Assembly (NCBI RefSeq): GCF_005280735.1
Contig: NZ_CP040078.1
Coordinates: forward strand, 861,746 to 893,745
Length of the DNA stretch: 32,000 nucleotides
Source: Trinickia violacea
GTDB lineage: Bacteria; Pseudomonadota; Gammaproteobacteria; Burkholderiales; Burkholderiaceae
Direction of reading: 5' to 3'
The notes beneath the pieces are model-generated. The model saw only the letters and a program-made list of their open reading frames with translations. It searched no databases and had not been told where the DNA came from. This document shows, in pieces, positions 8,119-17,985 of the stretch (positions within the stretch are counted from its first letter, which is position 1; every line of letters starts with the position of its first letter). Made by a program: the position numbers and the translations under genes.

Positions 8119-8601
8119 ATGTCCAGACGAATCGTGGGTGCCATAGCGGCGTGCTTAGCGTGTGCGGGTCTCCTCGTGTCCGGTGGCGGCGGCAGCGTGA
8201 CGCTCGATCCGATCGTCGCGATCATGAGCAAACCGCGCTACGTCGCAGCGAATTCGCAGTGGTCGATGGTGGTCATGGACGCCGCCTCGGGCAGCGTGCT
8301 CTATTCGGTCGACCCGGACGTGCTTTCCTACACGGGGTCGGTGCGCAAGCTGTTTTCGGTGGGCACGGCGCTCGACGAGATCGGCCCGAGTCACCAGTTT
8401 GAAACGCCCGTCTACCGGAACGGCACGGTGAGCGCGGGCGGCACGTTGCCGATGGCCGGCTATATCGACGCCAAGAGCGGGCGGCGCCTCACGTTCGCGC
8501 TATTCGTCAATCACGCGGGACCACTCACGGCGTTCACGGATACACTCGATGTGTACGACGACGAAGCGCAGATACTCGGCATCGTCTATGACAGCTTCTA
8601 A
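8119..8601 (+). pseudogene. PBP4/DacB-type D-alanyl-D-alanine carboxypeptidase (S13) remnant with an in-frame internal deletion
   Basis: The N-terminal part carries the SxxK active site (YTGSVRKLFSVGTALDEIGP...ETPVYRNGTVSAGGTL). It is joined near nt 8449 directly to the extreme C-terminus (PMAGYIDAKSGRRLTFALFVNH...). The product is about 160 aa, whereas E. coli DacB, as I remember it, is close to 480 aa. The SxN and KTG motifs are absent. The track ORF starts at 7927; ATG 8119 begins a signal-like MSRRIVGAIAACLACAGLLVSG. Confidence 0.7.
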
Positions 8602-8646
8602 AATACATCGCATCTCAACCGGCTGGGCTCGATGCCCGGGAGCGCC

Positions 8647-9291
8647 ATGCACATCGCCATCCTCACGTTCGACGGTTTCAACGAGCTCGACTCGCTCATC
8701 GCCCTTGGCGTCCTGAATCGCATCAAGAAGCCCGATTGGCGCGTGACGTTGTGTTGCCCGCAGCCGGAGGTCACGTCGATGAACGGCGTCACCGTTCGTG
8801 CTCAGTCGATGCTGGAGGAGGCGCGCACCGCCGATGCGGTGATCGTCGGCAGCGGCATCAAGACGCGGGAGGTCGTCGAAGATGCGGGACTGATGGCCCG
8901 TCTGGCGCTCGATCCGTCACGTCAATTGATCGCCGCGCAGTGCTCCGGCACGCTGATCCTGGCCAAGCTCGGTTTGGTCGGCGGCATCCCGGCTTGCACG
9001 GACCTGACGACGAAGCCTTGGGTGCAGGCGGCGGGCGTGGAGGTGCTGAACCAGCCGTTCTATGCGCACGGCAATGTTGCGACGGCGGGTGGCTGCTTCG
9101 CTTCGCCTTATATCGCGGCATGGATCATCGCGCGGACGGAGGGCGTGGAGGCTGCCGCTGCCGCGCTGCACTATGTGGCACCCGTCGGCGAGAAAGAGGC
9201 GTATGTGGAGAACGCCATGAAGCGGATTTCACCGTACTTGCCGGAGCAAAACGCACTGCGCGGCATGCCGCTTCACGCGCCTGCGGCGTAG
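8647..9291 (+). CDS. DJ-1/PfpI family protein (class I glutamine amidotransferase-like fold)
   Basis: MHIAILTFDGFNELDSLIALGVL... and a nucleophile-elbow Cys in IAAQCSGTLILAKLG. The track ORF starts at 8632; homologues usually begin at MxIAIL. Confidence 0.85.
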   Translation: MHIAILTFDGFNELDSLIALGVLNRIKKPDWRVTLCCPQPEVTSMNGVTVRAQSMLEEARTADAVIVGSGIKTREVVEDAGLMARLALDPSRQLIAAQCSGTLILAKLGLVGGIPACTDLTTKPWVQAAGVEVLNQPFYAHGNVATAGGCFASPYIAAWIIARTEGVEAAAAALHYVAPVGEKEAYVENAMKRISPYLPEQNALRGMPLHAPAA

Positions 9292-9355
9292 CGCGCCGCT
9301 AATAACGCGCGTCGGCCGGATTGCCGCCGTTGGGCCAGTCTTGCGCTTTCGCCGC

Positions 9356-9724
9356 TCAAGCGACGCAAATTCCCGGCACCGCGACCTTCTGGAACAGGTG
9401 CGGCGAAGCGACCGCCGATGACGGATACGCGGTGATCTTCGCCTGGAATTCCGGATGGGTGAACGCCGCCCGAAAGTGGGCGTTGGACTCCCAAACCGCG
9501 TAGTTCAAATACGTCGGACTTTCTCCAACCGCGCGGTGAAGCTGCGTCGAAATGAAACCGGGCTGCCGCTTCATGAACGCGGCATCGTCCTGCCAGACTT
9601 GGAGAAACGTCTGCTCGTCGGCCTGATCCAGTGTGAAGACGTTGACAAGGACGACCGGGGCGGCGTCTGCGGCAAGCTGACGCTGAATCGGGAAGGCAGG
9701 GTCAAGGGGACGCATGTGTGGCAT
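9356..9724 (-). CDS. Antibiotic biosynthesis monooxygenase (ABM) domain protein
   Basis: VLVNVFTLDQADEQTFLQVWQDDAAFMKRQPGFISTQLHRAVGESPTYLNYAVWESNAHFRAAF is a typical ABM ferredoxin-like fold. I prefer ATG 9724 (GGAG 7 nt upstream) over the track's TTG at 9739. Confidence 0.8.
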   Translation of the reverse strand: MPHMRPLDPAFPIQRQLAADAAPVVLVNVFTLDQADEQTFLQVWQDDAAFMKRQPGFISTQLHRAVGESPTYLNYAVWESNAHFRAAFTHPEFQAKITAYPSSAVASPHLFQKVAVPGICVA

Positions 9725-9751
9725 GATGGGCTCCGTCAATTTGGTTGCATG

Positions 9752-9801
9752 ATGTCAATTCGACATAGATGATGTATACTGCGTTGACATCTCAATGTCA
9801 A
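9752..9801. promoter_or_regulatory. Two palindromic candidate MarR operators in the ABM/MarR divergent region
   Basis: ATGTCaattcGACAT lies at 9752-9766. TTGACATctcaATGTCAA lies at 9784-9801 (7-bp arms), 20 nt upstream of the marR-family ATG. The two sites share the ATGTCAA half-site. Confidence 0.55.
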
Positions 9802-9820
9802 TTTAGTTTTATGGTGACAG

Positions 9821-10297
9821 ATGCGCAAAACGAAGCGAACACCCGCTGGTGAGACCCTCACGAGTTTCATGCTCGATTTTTTCAGGCTCAACAGTCGGAT
9901 TCTGGCCGCCGGCGACCGGCTGGTGGCCGAACTCGGGCTCACTAGCGCGCGCTGGCAGATTCTTGGCGCCATCACGGGAGCGGAGCAGCCGCAGCCTGTC
10001 TCATGGATCGCGCGAGACTTGAGCGCCAATCGCCAAAACGTGCAGCGTATCGTCAACGACCTGGAAGCGGACGGGCTGGTGAGATTCGAGGCCAACCCCC
10101 ACCATCGCCGCGCGCAACTTGTCGTGATGACGGACAAGGGCAAGCAGACCTTCGAGGCGGCAATGGGCCTTCAGGCTGCGTGGGTCAATAGCCTCTCGGA
10201 CGGGTTATCGGTCAAGGAGATCGAGGCGACGCACGACGTCGTGATGAGGCTGCGAAAGAATCTGGACGACATGAGTGAACCCGACAGCCAGGAGTGA
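9821..10297 (+). CDS. MarR family transcriptional regulator
   Basis: 158 aa with a winged HTH: LTSARWQILGAITGAEQPQPVSWIARDLSANRQNVQRIVNDLEADGLV. Confidence 0.9.
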   Translation: MRKTKRTPAGETLTSFMLDFFRLNSRILAAGDRLVAELGLTSARWQILGAITGAEQPQPVSWIARDLSANRQNVQRIVNDLEADGLVRFEANPHHRRAQLVVMTDKGKQTFEAAMGLQAAWVNSLSDGLSVKEIEATHDVVMRLRKNLDDMSEPDSQE

Positions 10298-10304
10298 TTG
10301 ACAA

Positions 10305-10865
10305 ATGAACTCGCTACCACGCGACGCTGTTTTGATCGTCATCGACGTGCAACAGGCATTCAACGATCCAAGCTGGGGCCAGCGCAACAATCCCTCGGCC
10401 GAAACCAACATCGCGGCGCTCCTTGCAGGCTGGAGAAAAACACAGCGGCCGATCATTCACATTCAACATCGTTCTGCGCGGCTGGAGAGCTTGTTTCATC
10501 CCGATCGCCCGGGCTTCAAGGTCAAGCCCGAAGCCGAACCGTTGTCCGAGGAGCCGGTTATTTACAAGGACGTGAATAGTGCGTTCATCGGCACCGATCT
10601 TGAACAGCGCTTGCGTACGATGGGTGCCAAGACGTTGGTGATCGTCGGCATTACGACCGATCACTGCGTATCGACCACGACGCGCATGGCCGGCAATTTC
10701 GGCTTCGAAACTTATCTCGTGTCGGATGCCACGGCAACGTTTGAGCGCCGTGGGCCAGACGGCAACGTTTTCAGCGCGGAGCTGATGCATGAGACAGCGC
10801 TAGCGAGCTTGCATCGGGAATTCGCAACGGTGATCGATACGGCGAGCGTCCTGGCCGGGTTGTAG
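10305..10865 (+). CDS. Isochorismatase-family cysteine hydrolase
   Basis: AVLIVIDVQQAF..., and the catalytic Cys context LVIVGITTDHCVSTTTRMA. It starts 8 nt after the MarR stop, so the two are probably co-transcribed. Confidence 0.9.
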   Translation: MNSLPRDAVLIVIDVQQAFNDPSWGQRNNPSAETNIAALLAGWRKTQRPIIHIQHRSARLESLFHPDRPGFKVKPEAEPLSEEPVIYKDVNSAFIGTDLEQRLRTMGAKTLVIVGITTDHCVSTTTRMAGNFGFETYLVSDATATFERRGPDGNVFSAELMHETALASLHREFATVIDTASVLAGL

Positions 10866-10933
10866 GAGACTGAGCGCCGGTCATTGGCGCAATCGCGTCG
10901 ATCGATTTCCTGCCGCCGCTCGTCGCCAGGTAT

Positions 10934-11866
10934 TCAAGTGCCGCGATGCCCCCTTTCCCGCGCGAGCAGTTCCTGTTTCAGCGCAAGCGCCTCGCTGTTG
11001 TCGCGCTCGATCGAAAGCGCCCAATAAACGCCCGAGCGCGCTTTGCGCAGATCGTTTTTGTCGAGGCCGTCATGCGCTCGTGCCAGTGCGAGCGACAGCA
11101 GCTTGCTGCGTCGATCGCCATGGGGCGCTTCGCTCGGCGGCGCGGAGCTGGGCGGCAGCGCGGCCACGGCCGTTGACGGCGGCGTCTTGGCGGGAGCGGC
11201 CGGCGTCGGCGGCAACGCCGGATGGGGGGCGGTTTGTGTGCTTAGCGGCGGCATCGAATTGCGGTCCATCGTGGGCCCCTGCGTCGCCGCTACCGGGGCG
11301 CGATCGTGGCTCGCGCCTTCGGGAATGACGCTGCCCTGTACCACCGTTTGCATTGTTTGCATGTCATGCCGCTCGAGCGCGGCAGTGCTCTCATACCGCT
11401 GCAAAGCCGCTGATGCGCCGAGGAGAACGAGAAATGCGAACGATGCGATCGCTGTGTTCGGCCTCACATTCCAGAATCGGAAAGCGCTATGCAATGGCGA
11501 GCGCACGTTCCCATCGAGATAGCGGTCGGGCGACTCGAACAAGAGCGTCGGCCGCGGGAGCCCTTGCAGTTCGCCGAACGAAATCGCAGCACTTCCACCT
11601 GCTGCGCTTGCGGGGGCGAATGCCGTTGCCATCTCGGGCCGCTTTGTACGCGTGCGTTCGCTGAGAGCATGGCGAACATTCACGCCGCAGTGCGGGCAAT
11701 AGGCGACCGGCTCAAGCAATCTGCCGCCGCAACGGGCGCACGCCGTCGGAAAAGCGCGGTCATGAGCGAGCGGATCGCTCGTCGTAAAAAGTTCCGTTCT
11801 GGTCTCAAGCATGAAGAGGGGAATAATGCGTTGGGGTCGGATGGCGCGCTCGCCGAGCGAGCGCAA
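10934..11866 (-). CDS. Hypothetical membrane protein: N-terminal zinc ribbon, single TM, Pro/Ala-rich linker, helical C-terminus
   Basis: CARCGGRLLEPVAYCPHCG forms a CxxC...CxxC ribbon. TM segment AIASFAFLVLLGASAAL, then the low-complexity PHPALPPTPAAPAKTPPSTAVAALPPSSAPPSE. The start is uncertain between TTG 11866 and ATG 11812. Confidence 0.6.
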   Translation of the reverse strand: MRSLGERAIRPQRIIPLFMLETRTELFTTSDPLAHDRAFPTACARCGGRLLEPVAYCPHCGVNVRHALSERTRTKRPEMATAFAPASAAGGSAAISFGELQGLPRPTLLFESPDRYLDGNVRSPLHSAFRFWNVRPNTAIASFAFLVLLGASAALQRYESTAALERHDMQTMQTVVQGSVIPEGASHDRAPVAATQGPTMDRNSMPPLSTQTAPHPALPPTPAAPAKTPPSTAVAALPPSSAPPSEAPHGDRRSKLLSLALARAHDGLDKNDLRKARSGVYWALSIERDNSEALALKQELLARERGHRGT

Positions 11867-12074
11867 ACCAGGGATCGATCCGTTAAAGAGGGTCTGCTTT
11901 CGTCGTGATGGCGATACGAATTAGACGAACGACCCCGGCCAATATCGAACAGCGGCGACACAGCGTCAACCCACGAAAACCGTGTCTATCGGGACTCATC
12001 CGCCAAACATCAGAGGCTGTCCGCCATAGGGCCCAGCGAGCACTCGCGGCGCCTTTTGATCAGATCAGCAGGAG

Positions 12075-14555
12075 TTGTGCCAGGTCGCTAATCGAGTTCA
12101 ACGCGAGTTCAGCGGCCGCCTCGCTCAAGCGCTAAAATCCGCCGCTTGGGCATCAATTGAGCATCAACGGCGAGCGTGCGTTTTGACGGAGTTCGAGCAG
12201 GGTTTCATCCTCACCCGCCACTGGCGGGATACCCCGGACGGCATCGAGATCGAGTTCTGGCTGGCGACCGGACGCGGTCCGCGCCGGGTGCGGTTGCGCC
12301 CGCAGGATGCCGTCGCGTTCATTCCAGCCGAACAGCGTGACGAGGCCGAGCGCGTGCTGGCGGGCGAAAGCGGCACCGAGCTGCGTCCGCTCGCGCTGCA
12401 CGACTTCCGTCAGCGGCCGGTCGTCGGTCTCTATTGCCGGCGGTATCGTCATTTGGGCGCGTTGCAGAAGCGTTTGACTCGGGAGGGCGTCGACGTCTAC
12501 GAATCCGACGTGCAGCCGCCGGACCGCTACACGATGGAGCGGTTCATCACGGCGCCCGTGGTGTTTCGCGGTGTGCCGGCCGCCGATGGCGTCATCTCCG
12601 ACGCCGAGCTGAAGTCCGCGGACGACTATCGTCCCGCGTTGCGATGCGTGTCGCTCGACATCGAGACCAGCGCGCGCGGCGAACTTTATTCGATCGCGCT
12701 GGAAGGCTGCGGGCAGCGGCAGGTGTTCATGCTGGGGCCTGCCAATGGCGACGCTGGGGACCTCGACTTCGATTTCGAGTACTGCGATAGCCGGCCCGCG
12801 CTGCTCGAGCGGCTCAACGACTGGTTCGAGCAACACGACCCGGACGTGATCATCGGCTGGAACCTCGTCCAGTTCGACTTGCGCGTGCTGCACGCGCATG
12901 CCGAGCAGTATCGCGTTCCATTGCGGCTCGGACGCGGCGGCAGCGTGCTCGACTGGCGCGCGCACGGCCAGCAGCCCGATCGCTTCTTCGCGGGCGCCGC
13001 GGGGCGCCTCGTGATCGACGGCATCGACGCGTTGAAGTCCGCTACCTGGACCTTTCCGTCGTTCAGCCTCGAATACGTCGCGCAGTCGCTGCTGGGCGAA
13101 GGCAAGGCGATCGACGATCCGTATGGGCGCATGGAGGAAATCCAGCGCCGTTTCGATCACGACAAGCCCGCGCTCGCGCACTACAACCTGAAGGATTGCG
13201 AGCTCGTCACGCGCATCTTCGAAAAGACGGATCTGCTCTCGTTCATGCTCGAACGCGCGACCGTCACCGGCCTCGCGGCCGACCGCACGGGCGGATCGGT
13301 CGCGGCCTTCACGCATCTCTACCTGCCGAGAATGCATCGGCTCGGCTACGTCGCGCCGAACCTCGGCGACGTGACGGGGCAAACGAGCCCCGGCGGCTTC
13401 GTCATGGATTCGCGTCCGGGCCTCTACGATTCGGTGCTCGTGTTCGACTACAAGAGCCTGTACCCGTCGATCATCCGCTCGTTCCTGATCGATCCGGTCG
13501 GGCTGATCGAGGGCCTGGCTCACCCCGGCGACGATGAATCCGTGCCCGGCTTTCTCGGCGCGCGTTTCTCGCGTACGCGCCATTGCCTGCCGGACATCGT
13601 GCGGCGCGTCTGGGACGGCCGCGACATCGCGAAACGCGAGCGCAACCAGCCGCTGTCGCAGGCCCTGAAAATCATCATGAATGCGTTCTACGGCGTGCTG
13701 GGTTCGACCGGCTGCCGGTTCTTCGATCCGCGACTCGCGTCGTCGATCACGATGCGCGGCCACGAAATCATGCACAGAACGCGCGAGCTCATCGAATCGC
13801 ACGGCTACGAGGTGATCTACGGCGACACGGATTCGACCTTCGTCTGGCTGAAGGAGCCGCATACCGATGACGAAGCCGCGCGCAAGGGACGCGCGATCGT
13901 CGAGCACGTGAATCGCTGGTGGAAGACGCACTTGCACGAGCGCTTCGGTTTGGAGAGCGCACTGGAGCTGCAGTACGAGCGGCACTACCGGCGTTTCCTG
14001 ATGCCGACCATTCGCGGTGCGGAGGAGGGCAGCAAGAAGCGCTATGCGGGCCTCGCGGTCACGCCGGAAGGTAGCGAAGAGGTCGTGTTCAAGGGCCTCG
14101 AGACGGTCCGCACCGATTGGACGCCGCTCGCCCAGCAGTTTCAGCGGGAGCTGTACCGGCTCGTCTTCATGCGGGAACCGTATCAGGACTTTATCCGCGA
14201 CTACGTCCGCCGCACGCTGGCCGGCAAGCTCGACGCGCTGCTCGTCTATCGCAAGCGCGTGCGCCGTCCGCTCGCCGAATACGCGCGCAACGTGCCGCCG
14301 CATGTGCGCGCGGCGCGCATCGCCGATGCGTTCAACGAAGCGCACGGCCGCCCGCTGCAATATCAGCGCGGCGGGTGGATCAGCTACATGATGACGACGG
14401 CCGGCCCGGAGCCGCTCGAAAGCAGGCGCTCGCCGATCGACTACGCGTTCTATGTGAGCCGCCAGCTCCAGCCCGTCGCCGACGCGATCCTGCCGTTTCT
14501 GCGCGACGACTTCGAGACCGTGATTTCCGGGCAAGAGCGGCTGTTCGAGGGTTAG
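12075..14555 (+). CDS. polB: DNA polymerase II (family B)
   Basis: [14 protein letters not shown] matches the E. coli PolB N-terminus. Exo I motif VSLDIETS, then [17 protein letters not shown] and the catalytic YGDTDSTFV. The true start may be TTG 12183, just before [11 protein letters not shown], rather than ATG 12075. Confidence 0.95.
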   Translation: MCQVANRVQREFSGRLAQALKSAAWASIEHQRRACVLTEFEQGFILTRHWRDTPDGIEIEFWLATGRGPRRVRLRPQDAVAFIPAEQRDEAERVLAGESGTELRPLALHDFRQRPVVGLYCRRYRHLGALQKRLTREGVDVYESDVQPPDRYTMERFITAPVVFRGVPAADGVISDAELKSADDYRPALRCVSLDIETSARGELYSIALEGCGQRQVFMLGPANGDAGDLDFDFEYCDSRPALLERLNDWFEQHDPDVIIGWNLVQFDLRVLHAHAEQYRVPLRLGRGGSVLDWRAHGQQPDRFFAGAAGRLVIDGIDALKSATWTFPSFSLEYVAQSLLGEGKAIDDPYGRMEEIQRRFDHDKPALAHYNLKDCELVTRIFEKTDLLSFMLERATVTGLAADRTGGSVAAFTHLYLPRMHRLGYVAPNLGDVTGQTSPGGFVMDSRPGLYDSVLVFDYKSLYPSIIRSFLIDPVGLIEGLAHPGDDESVPGFLGARFSRTRHCLPDIVRRVWDGRDIAKRERNQPLSQALKIIMNAFYGVLGSTGCRFFDPRLASSITMRGHEIMHRTRELIESHGYEVIYGDTDSTFVWLKEPHTDDEAARKGRAIVEHVNRWWKTHLHERFGLESALELQYERHYRRFLMPTIRGAEEGSKKRYAGLAVTPEGSEEVVFKGLETVRTDWTPLAQQFQRELYRLVFMREPYQDFIRDYVRRTLAGKLDALLVYRKRVRRPLAEYARNVPPHVRAARIADAFNEAHGRPLQYQRGGWISYMMTTAGPEPLESRRSPIDYAFYVSRQLQPVADAILPFLRDDFETVISGQERLFEG

Positions 14556-14647
14556 CGATTCGATCGCGGGATTATCGGATAGATCGAGGTGGGCAACAAT
14601 TGCCGGGGGATTGGGTTGAGATTGGTGCGATCGAGTAGCGTTTCCGC

Positions 14648-15535
14648 TCACTCGTCCTTTACGGCGTACTCGCGATCGAGCTTGTCGTAGAGCGGCTTGT
14701 TCACAAGGCGCTGGCGTTCGCTGAATGGTGCGACCAGGGAGGCGTCTTCATCCAATCGGCCATGTTCGCGCAACGCGCCGAGCGCTCGCTGCATGCCGAG
14801 TACCGCACCTTGCAGCGCTGCGTTCGCGTACAGCACGATCCCATAGCCGAGGCTGGCGAGCGCTTCACGCGTTTGCACCGGCGTCTTGCCGCCGATCACG
14901 ATGTTGATCAATTGCGGCCTATCGAACAGCGACGGCAGACGCGTGATGTCGGCGAGCGATTCGATGGCCTCGATAAACAGAATGTCCGCGCCGGCTTCGA
15001 TGAAGCGATGGCCGCGCTCGATCGCGTCTTCGATGCCGTGCACGGCAGCCGAGTCGGTGCGCGCCATGATCTGTAGGTTGCCGTCTTCGCGGGCATCGAC
15101 CGCAGCGCGGATCTTGCCGGCCATCTCACTCACGCTAACCACTTCTTTGCCCGAGAAGTGGCCGCATTTCTTCGGCATGACCTGATCTTCGAACTGGATG
15201 ACGTCAGCGCCGCTGCGCTCGAGCACGCGCACGGTCTGACGCACGTTGAGCGCATTGCCGAAGCCGGTGTCGGCATCGACGATCAACGGCAGCGCGACGG
15301 CGTCGCGGACTCGTGCGGTATGTTCCGCGATTTCGTGCAAGCCGACAAAACCGAGATCGGGAAGGCCGAGTGACATGTTGGTCACGCCCGCACCGGTCAG
15401 ATAGAGCGCTTCGAAGCCAGCGTCCTCTATGACGCGCGCGCTCATTGCGTTGAAAGCACCCGGTACGAGAAGGCCCTGGCGTTCTGCGACCTTGGCGCGA
15501 AACGCTGCGCGGCGAGCAGTGGACGAAATAGACAT
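14648..15535 (-). CDS. Isocitrate lyase/PEP mutase superfamily enzyme (oxaloacetate decarboxylase / methylisocitrate-lyase-like)
   Basis: LLVPGAFNAMSARVIEDAGFEALYLTGAG..., IVDADTGFGNALN and EDQVMPKKCGHFSGKEVV. The KKCGH loop is typical of this superfamily. Confidence 0.9.
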   Translation of the reverse strand: MSISSTARRAAFRAKVAERQGLLVPGAFNAMSARVIEDAGFEALYLTGAGVTNMSLGLPDLGFVGLHEIAEHTARVRDAVALPLIVDADTGFGNALNVRQTVRVLERSGADVIQFEDQVMPKKCGHFSGKEVVSVSEMAGKIRAAVDAREDGNLQIMARTDSAAVHGIEDAIERGHRFIEAGADILFIEAIESLADITRLPSLFDRPQLINIVIGGKTPVQTREALASLGYGIVLYANAALQGAVLGMQRALGALREHGRLDEDASLVAPFSERQRLVNKPLYDKLDREYAVKDE

Positions 15536-15608
15536 AGCGTGTCTCCGAATGATCGTGTGAGGGACGACTCCGCGGCGGGCAGTCGATTGCGGTGCTAACG
15601 GCTCAAGT

Positions 15609-16502
15609 CTAGAAACGAAACAGATTCGCTGCCGACGTCGTAAGAATCGTCCGCCTGGTGGCTTCGTCGGGAATCCACTGTTGCAGCGCGTTTGCGGCTG
15701 CGGCGTAGTCGATCAGGTGACGATGCTGCGTATGCGGCCAGTCGCTGCCCCATACGAGCCGTTGCGCACCGAATGCGCCGAGCAGTGCGCCTGCGAGCGC
15801 GATCCCGCTCTCCGTGCCGCATGTTCCTTCCCCGCTGCGATAGGCTGCGGAGAGCTTGACCCATACGTCGCCGGACGATGCCTTCGACAACAGATGGCGA
15901 AAACCGGGATCGTTCGCGCCGAGCGTGGCATCCGGACGGCCGAAGTGATCGACCACGACCGTGCAGCGATGCGCGAGCAACGAGTCGAGCACATAGGGCA
16001 GATCGGCCGCGTGCGCCTGCACTTCGACATGCCAGCGCAGCGCGTTGAGCCGCGACAGGAGCGCCGACCATCGGCGCTCTTGAAAGCCGGGCAGCGGCAG
16101 GCCGATCAGATTCAAGCGCGCCCCGACGACATGTGCGGCATTCAGGGTCTCGAGTTCCGCGTCGCTGACTTCCGGGTCCACGACAGCGACACCGCGAAAG
16201 CGCCGCGGATATCGCTTCGACACCGCCGCGAGAAACGCGTTGTCGACGCCGAGAAAGCTCGGCTGCACGAGCACGCCCTGAGACATGCCGTGCCCGTCGA
16301 GCTGGTCGATGTACTGATCGAGCGTCGCGTCGTAGTTGGGCGCGTGACGGCGCTGCGTGGCGAGGGGCAGCCCCCGCACGAAGATGTGCGCATGCGAGTC
16401 GATGCCGGTGATGCGCGGCTCTTCTCTGGCGAGCCATGCGGCGCTCTTCATGGAGAGGGCAGTGAACGGATCGGCCACGGTTGCGGGCAGAGTGAGGTCC
16501 AT
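15609..16502 (-). CDS. Amidohydrolase_2 family metal-dependent hydrolase (LigI-like lactonase type)
   Basis: This is the C-terminal 297 aa of track ORF 15609..17492, starting MDLTLPATV... at ATG 16502. Motifs are GIDSHAHIF, VVVDHFGRP and WGSDWPH. The upstream 330 aa of the track ORF overlap the MFS gene out of frame and are Arg-rich noise. Confidence 0.9.
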   Translation of the reverse strand: MDLTLPATVADPFTALSMKSAAWLAREEPRITGIDSHAHIFVRGLPLATQRRHAPNYDATLDQYIDQLDGHGMSQGVLVQPSFLGVDNAFLAAVSKRYPRRFRGVAVVDPEVSDAELETLNAAHVVGARLNLIGLPLPGFQERRWSALLSRLNALRWHVEVQAHAADLPYVLDSLLAHRCTVVVDHFGRPDATLGANDPGFRHLLSKASSGDVWVKLSAAYRSGEGTCGTESGIALAGALLGAFGAQRLVWGSDWPHTQHRHLIDYAAAANALQQWIPDEATRRTILTTSAANLFRF

Positions 16503-16561
16503 CGTGCGGTTAGCCTGAGAGTCGATTGAAGATGAGCGGGCGGCGACGGGAATGCGCGAAC

Positions 16562-17845
16562 TCAGCTGCGGGAAGCGGCAGGAGCCTCGGCGACCGTGCC
16601 GTTTTGCGCAGAGGCCGCCATGCGAGCGCCGCGTGTCTCGGGCAGCATCAGGGCAGCGATGACGACGAGGCCATAAGCCGCGCCCGCGTCGATGCCAAGC
16701 GCCGCGCCCAGCGACATCGAACTGCTCATGTGGCCGATCAGCACCGGAAAGCCGGCTGATGCGATGCGGCCGAAGTTGTAGCAGAATCCGACGCCCGTGC
16801 CGCGCACGCCTTGCGGATACAGTTCGTTGAAGAGGGCGCCGAGCGTCGCGGGAATGCCCGCCGAGAACAGCCCGAGCGGAAAGCTCAGGATCAACATGGT
16901 GGTGTCGCTGACCGGCAGGAACGTGTAGATATTGACCATCACCGCGCAGCAAACCGCAAAGAGGATCACATTCCAGCGACGCCCGATGCGGTCCTGCAAC
17001 CAGGCGCTCACGAAACATCCCACGATGAACGCGACGATGACGACTGCCAGATAACCGCCCGTACCCAGCACCGACAGGTGTCGCTCGGTCTTGAGGTAAG
17101 TCGGCAGCCAGGTGGTGATTGCGTGATAGCCGCCGTGCGCGCCGAGTCCGATCAGAGCGCCGACAAGGGTCGTGCGAATCACCGCTGGGTCGAAAATACC
17201 GGCGGCAATGCTGAAGACGCCGCGCTGACCACGATCGTCGCGCGCGGTCTGCGCCTCGCGCGCCGGCTCGACAATGTTGCGGCGCAAGTACAACACGAGC
17301 ACCGCGGGCGCGAGACCGATCGCGAACAGCACCCGCCAGGCCCATTGCGGCGACACGAACGAAAAGACCAGCATATAAAGCAGCACCGCTCCGCCCCACC
17401 CGAAGCCCCATGCGCTCTGCACGATACCCATCGCCTTGCCGCGATGCTTCGGGTTCATCGTCTCGCTGAGGAGCACGGCGCCAGCCGTCCACTCGCCGCC
17501 GAAGCCGATGCCTTGCAGCGTCTTCAACGCCAGCAACTGGTCGAAGCTTTGCGCGAACGCGCTGAGAAAGGTGAACAGCGAGAACCAGATGACGGTGATT
17601 TGCAGGGCCCGCACACGGCCCACGCGGTCAGCCAGAATGCCCGCGAGCAGGCCGCCGAGCGCACCGGCGACGAGCGTCGCGCCGCCGATCAATCCTGCTT
17701 GGCCCTTGCTGATGCTCCAGGTCGCCAGCAGCGACGGAATGACGAGGGAAAAGACCTGCGTGTCGACGCCGTCGAGTGCCCAGCCCGCGAAACAGCTCCA
17801 CAGCGTTCGCTTTTCGACGGACGTGATGTCCCGATACCAGCGCAT
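16562..17845 (-). CDS. MFS transporter (organic acid / aromatic acid:H+ symporter-like)
   Basis: 427 aa with about 12 predicted transmembrane segments. N-terminus EKRTLWSCFAGWALDGVDTQVFSLVIP, plus the MFS loop GILADRVGRVRAL. Confidence 0.9.
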   Translation of the reverse strand: MRWYRDITSVEKRTLWSCFAGWALDGVDTQVFSLVIPSLLATWSISKGQAGLIGGATLVAGALGGLLAGILADRVGRVRALQITVIWFSLFTFLSAFAQSFDQLLALKTLQGIGFGGEWTAGAVLLSETMNPKHRGKAMGIVQSAWGFGWGGAVLLYMLVFSFVSPQWAWRVLFAIGLAPAVLVLYLRRNIVEPAREAQTARDDRGQRGVFSIAAGIFDPAVIRTTLVGALIGLGAHGGYHAITTWLPTYLKTERHLSVLGTGGYLAVVIVAFIVGCFVSAWLQDRIGRRWNVILFAVCCAVMVNIYTFLPVSDTTMLILSFPLGLFSAGIPATLGALFNELYPQGVRGTGVGFCYNFGRIASAGFPVLIGHMSSSMSLGAALGIDAGAAYGLVVIAALMLPETRGARMAASAQNGTVAEAPAASRS

Positions 17846-17985
17846 AGTCGTCTCCTTGTGCGCGCCGCTGGGCGCGGCGGCCGATGATGGATCAGGACGG
17901 CCGCTGTTGATTGGTGCAGGTCATTCTAAAAAAGGCGGCAGTGCGCGCATACTATGGAAATGTTGTTTTTTCATAGCGATTTGAT

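Noticed and set aside
11900-12075. Search for a LexA/SOS box upstream of polB (polB is SOS-regulated in E. coli)
   Set aside because: I found no CTGT-N8-ACAG-type palindrome by eye, so I make no regulatory claim.
12153-14651. 832-aa minus-strand ORF, the longest in the window
   Set aside because: It is exactly antisense to polB. Its translation is Arg/Ala/Gly-rich with no motifs, whereas the plus frame carries every family-B polymerase motif. It is a typical high-GC shadow ORF.
16503-17492. N-terminal 330 aa of track ORF 15609..17492
   Set aside because: It overlaps the MFS transporter gene in another frame and has Arg-rich nonsense composition. The amidohydrolase homology starts only at ATG 16502.
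16811-17887. 358-aa plus-strand ORF
   Set aside because: It is antisense to the MFS transporter and has charged, low-complexity composition.
17930-17985. CTATG-N15-CATAG inverted repeat upstream of the LysR gene at 17986 as a T-N11-A LysR box
   Set aside because: It has only 5-bp arms with non-canonical spacing in an AT-rich promoter. That is too weak to call without binding data.
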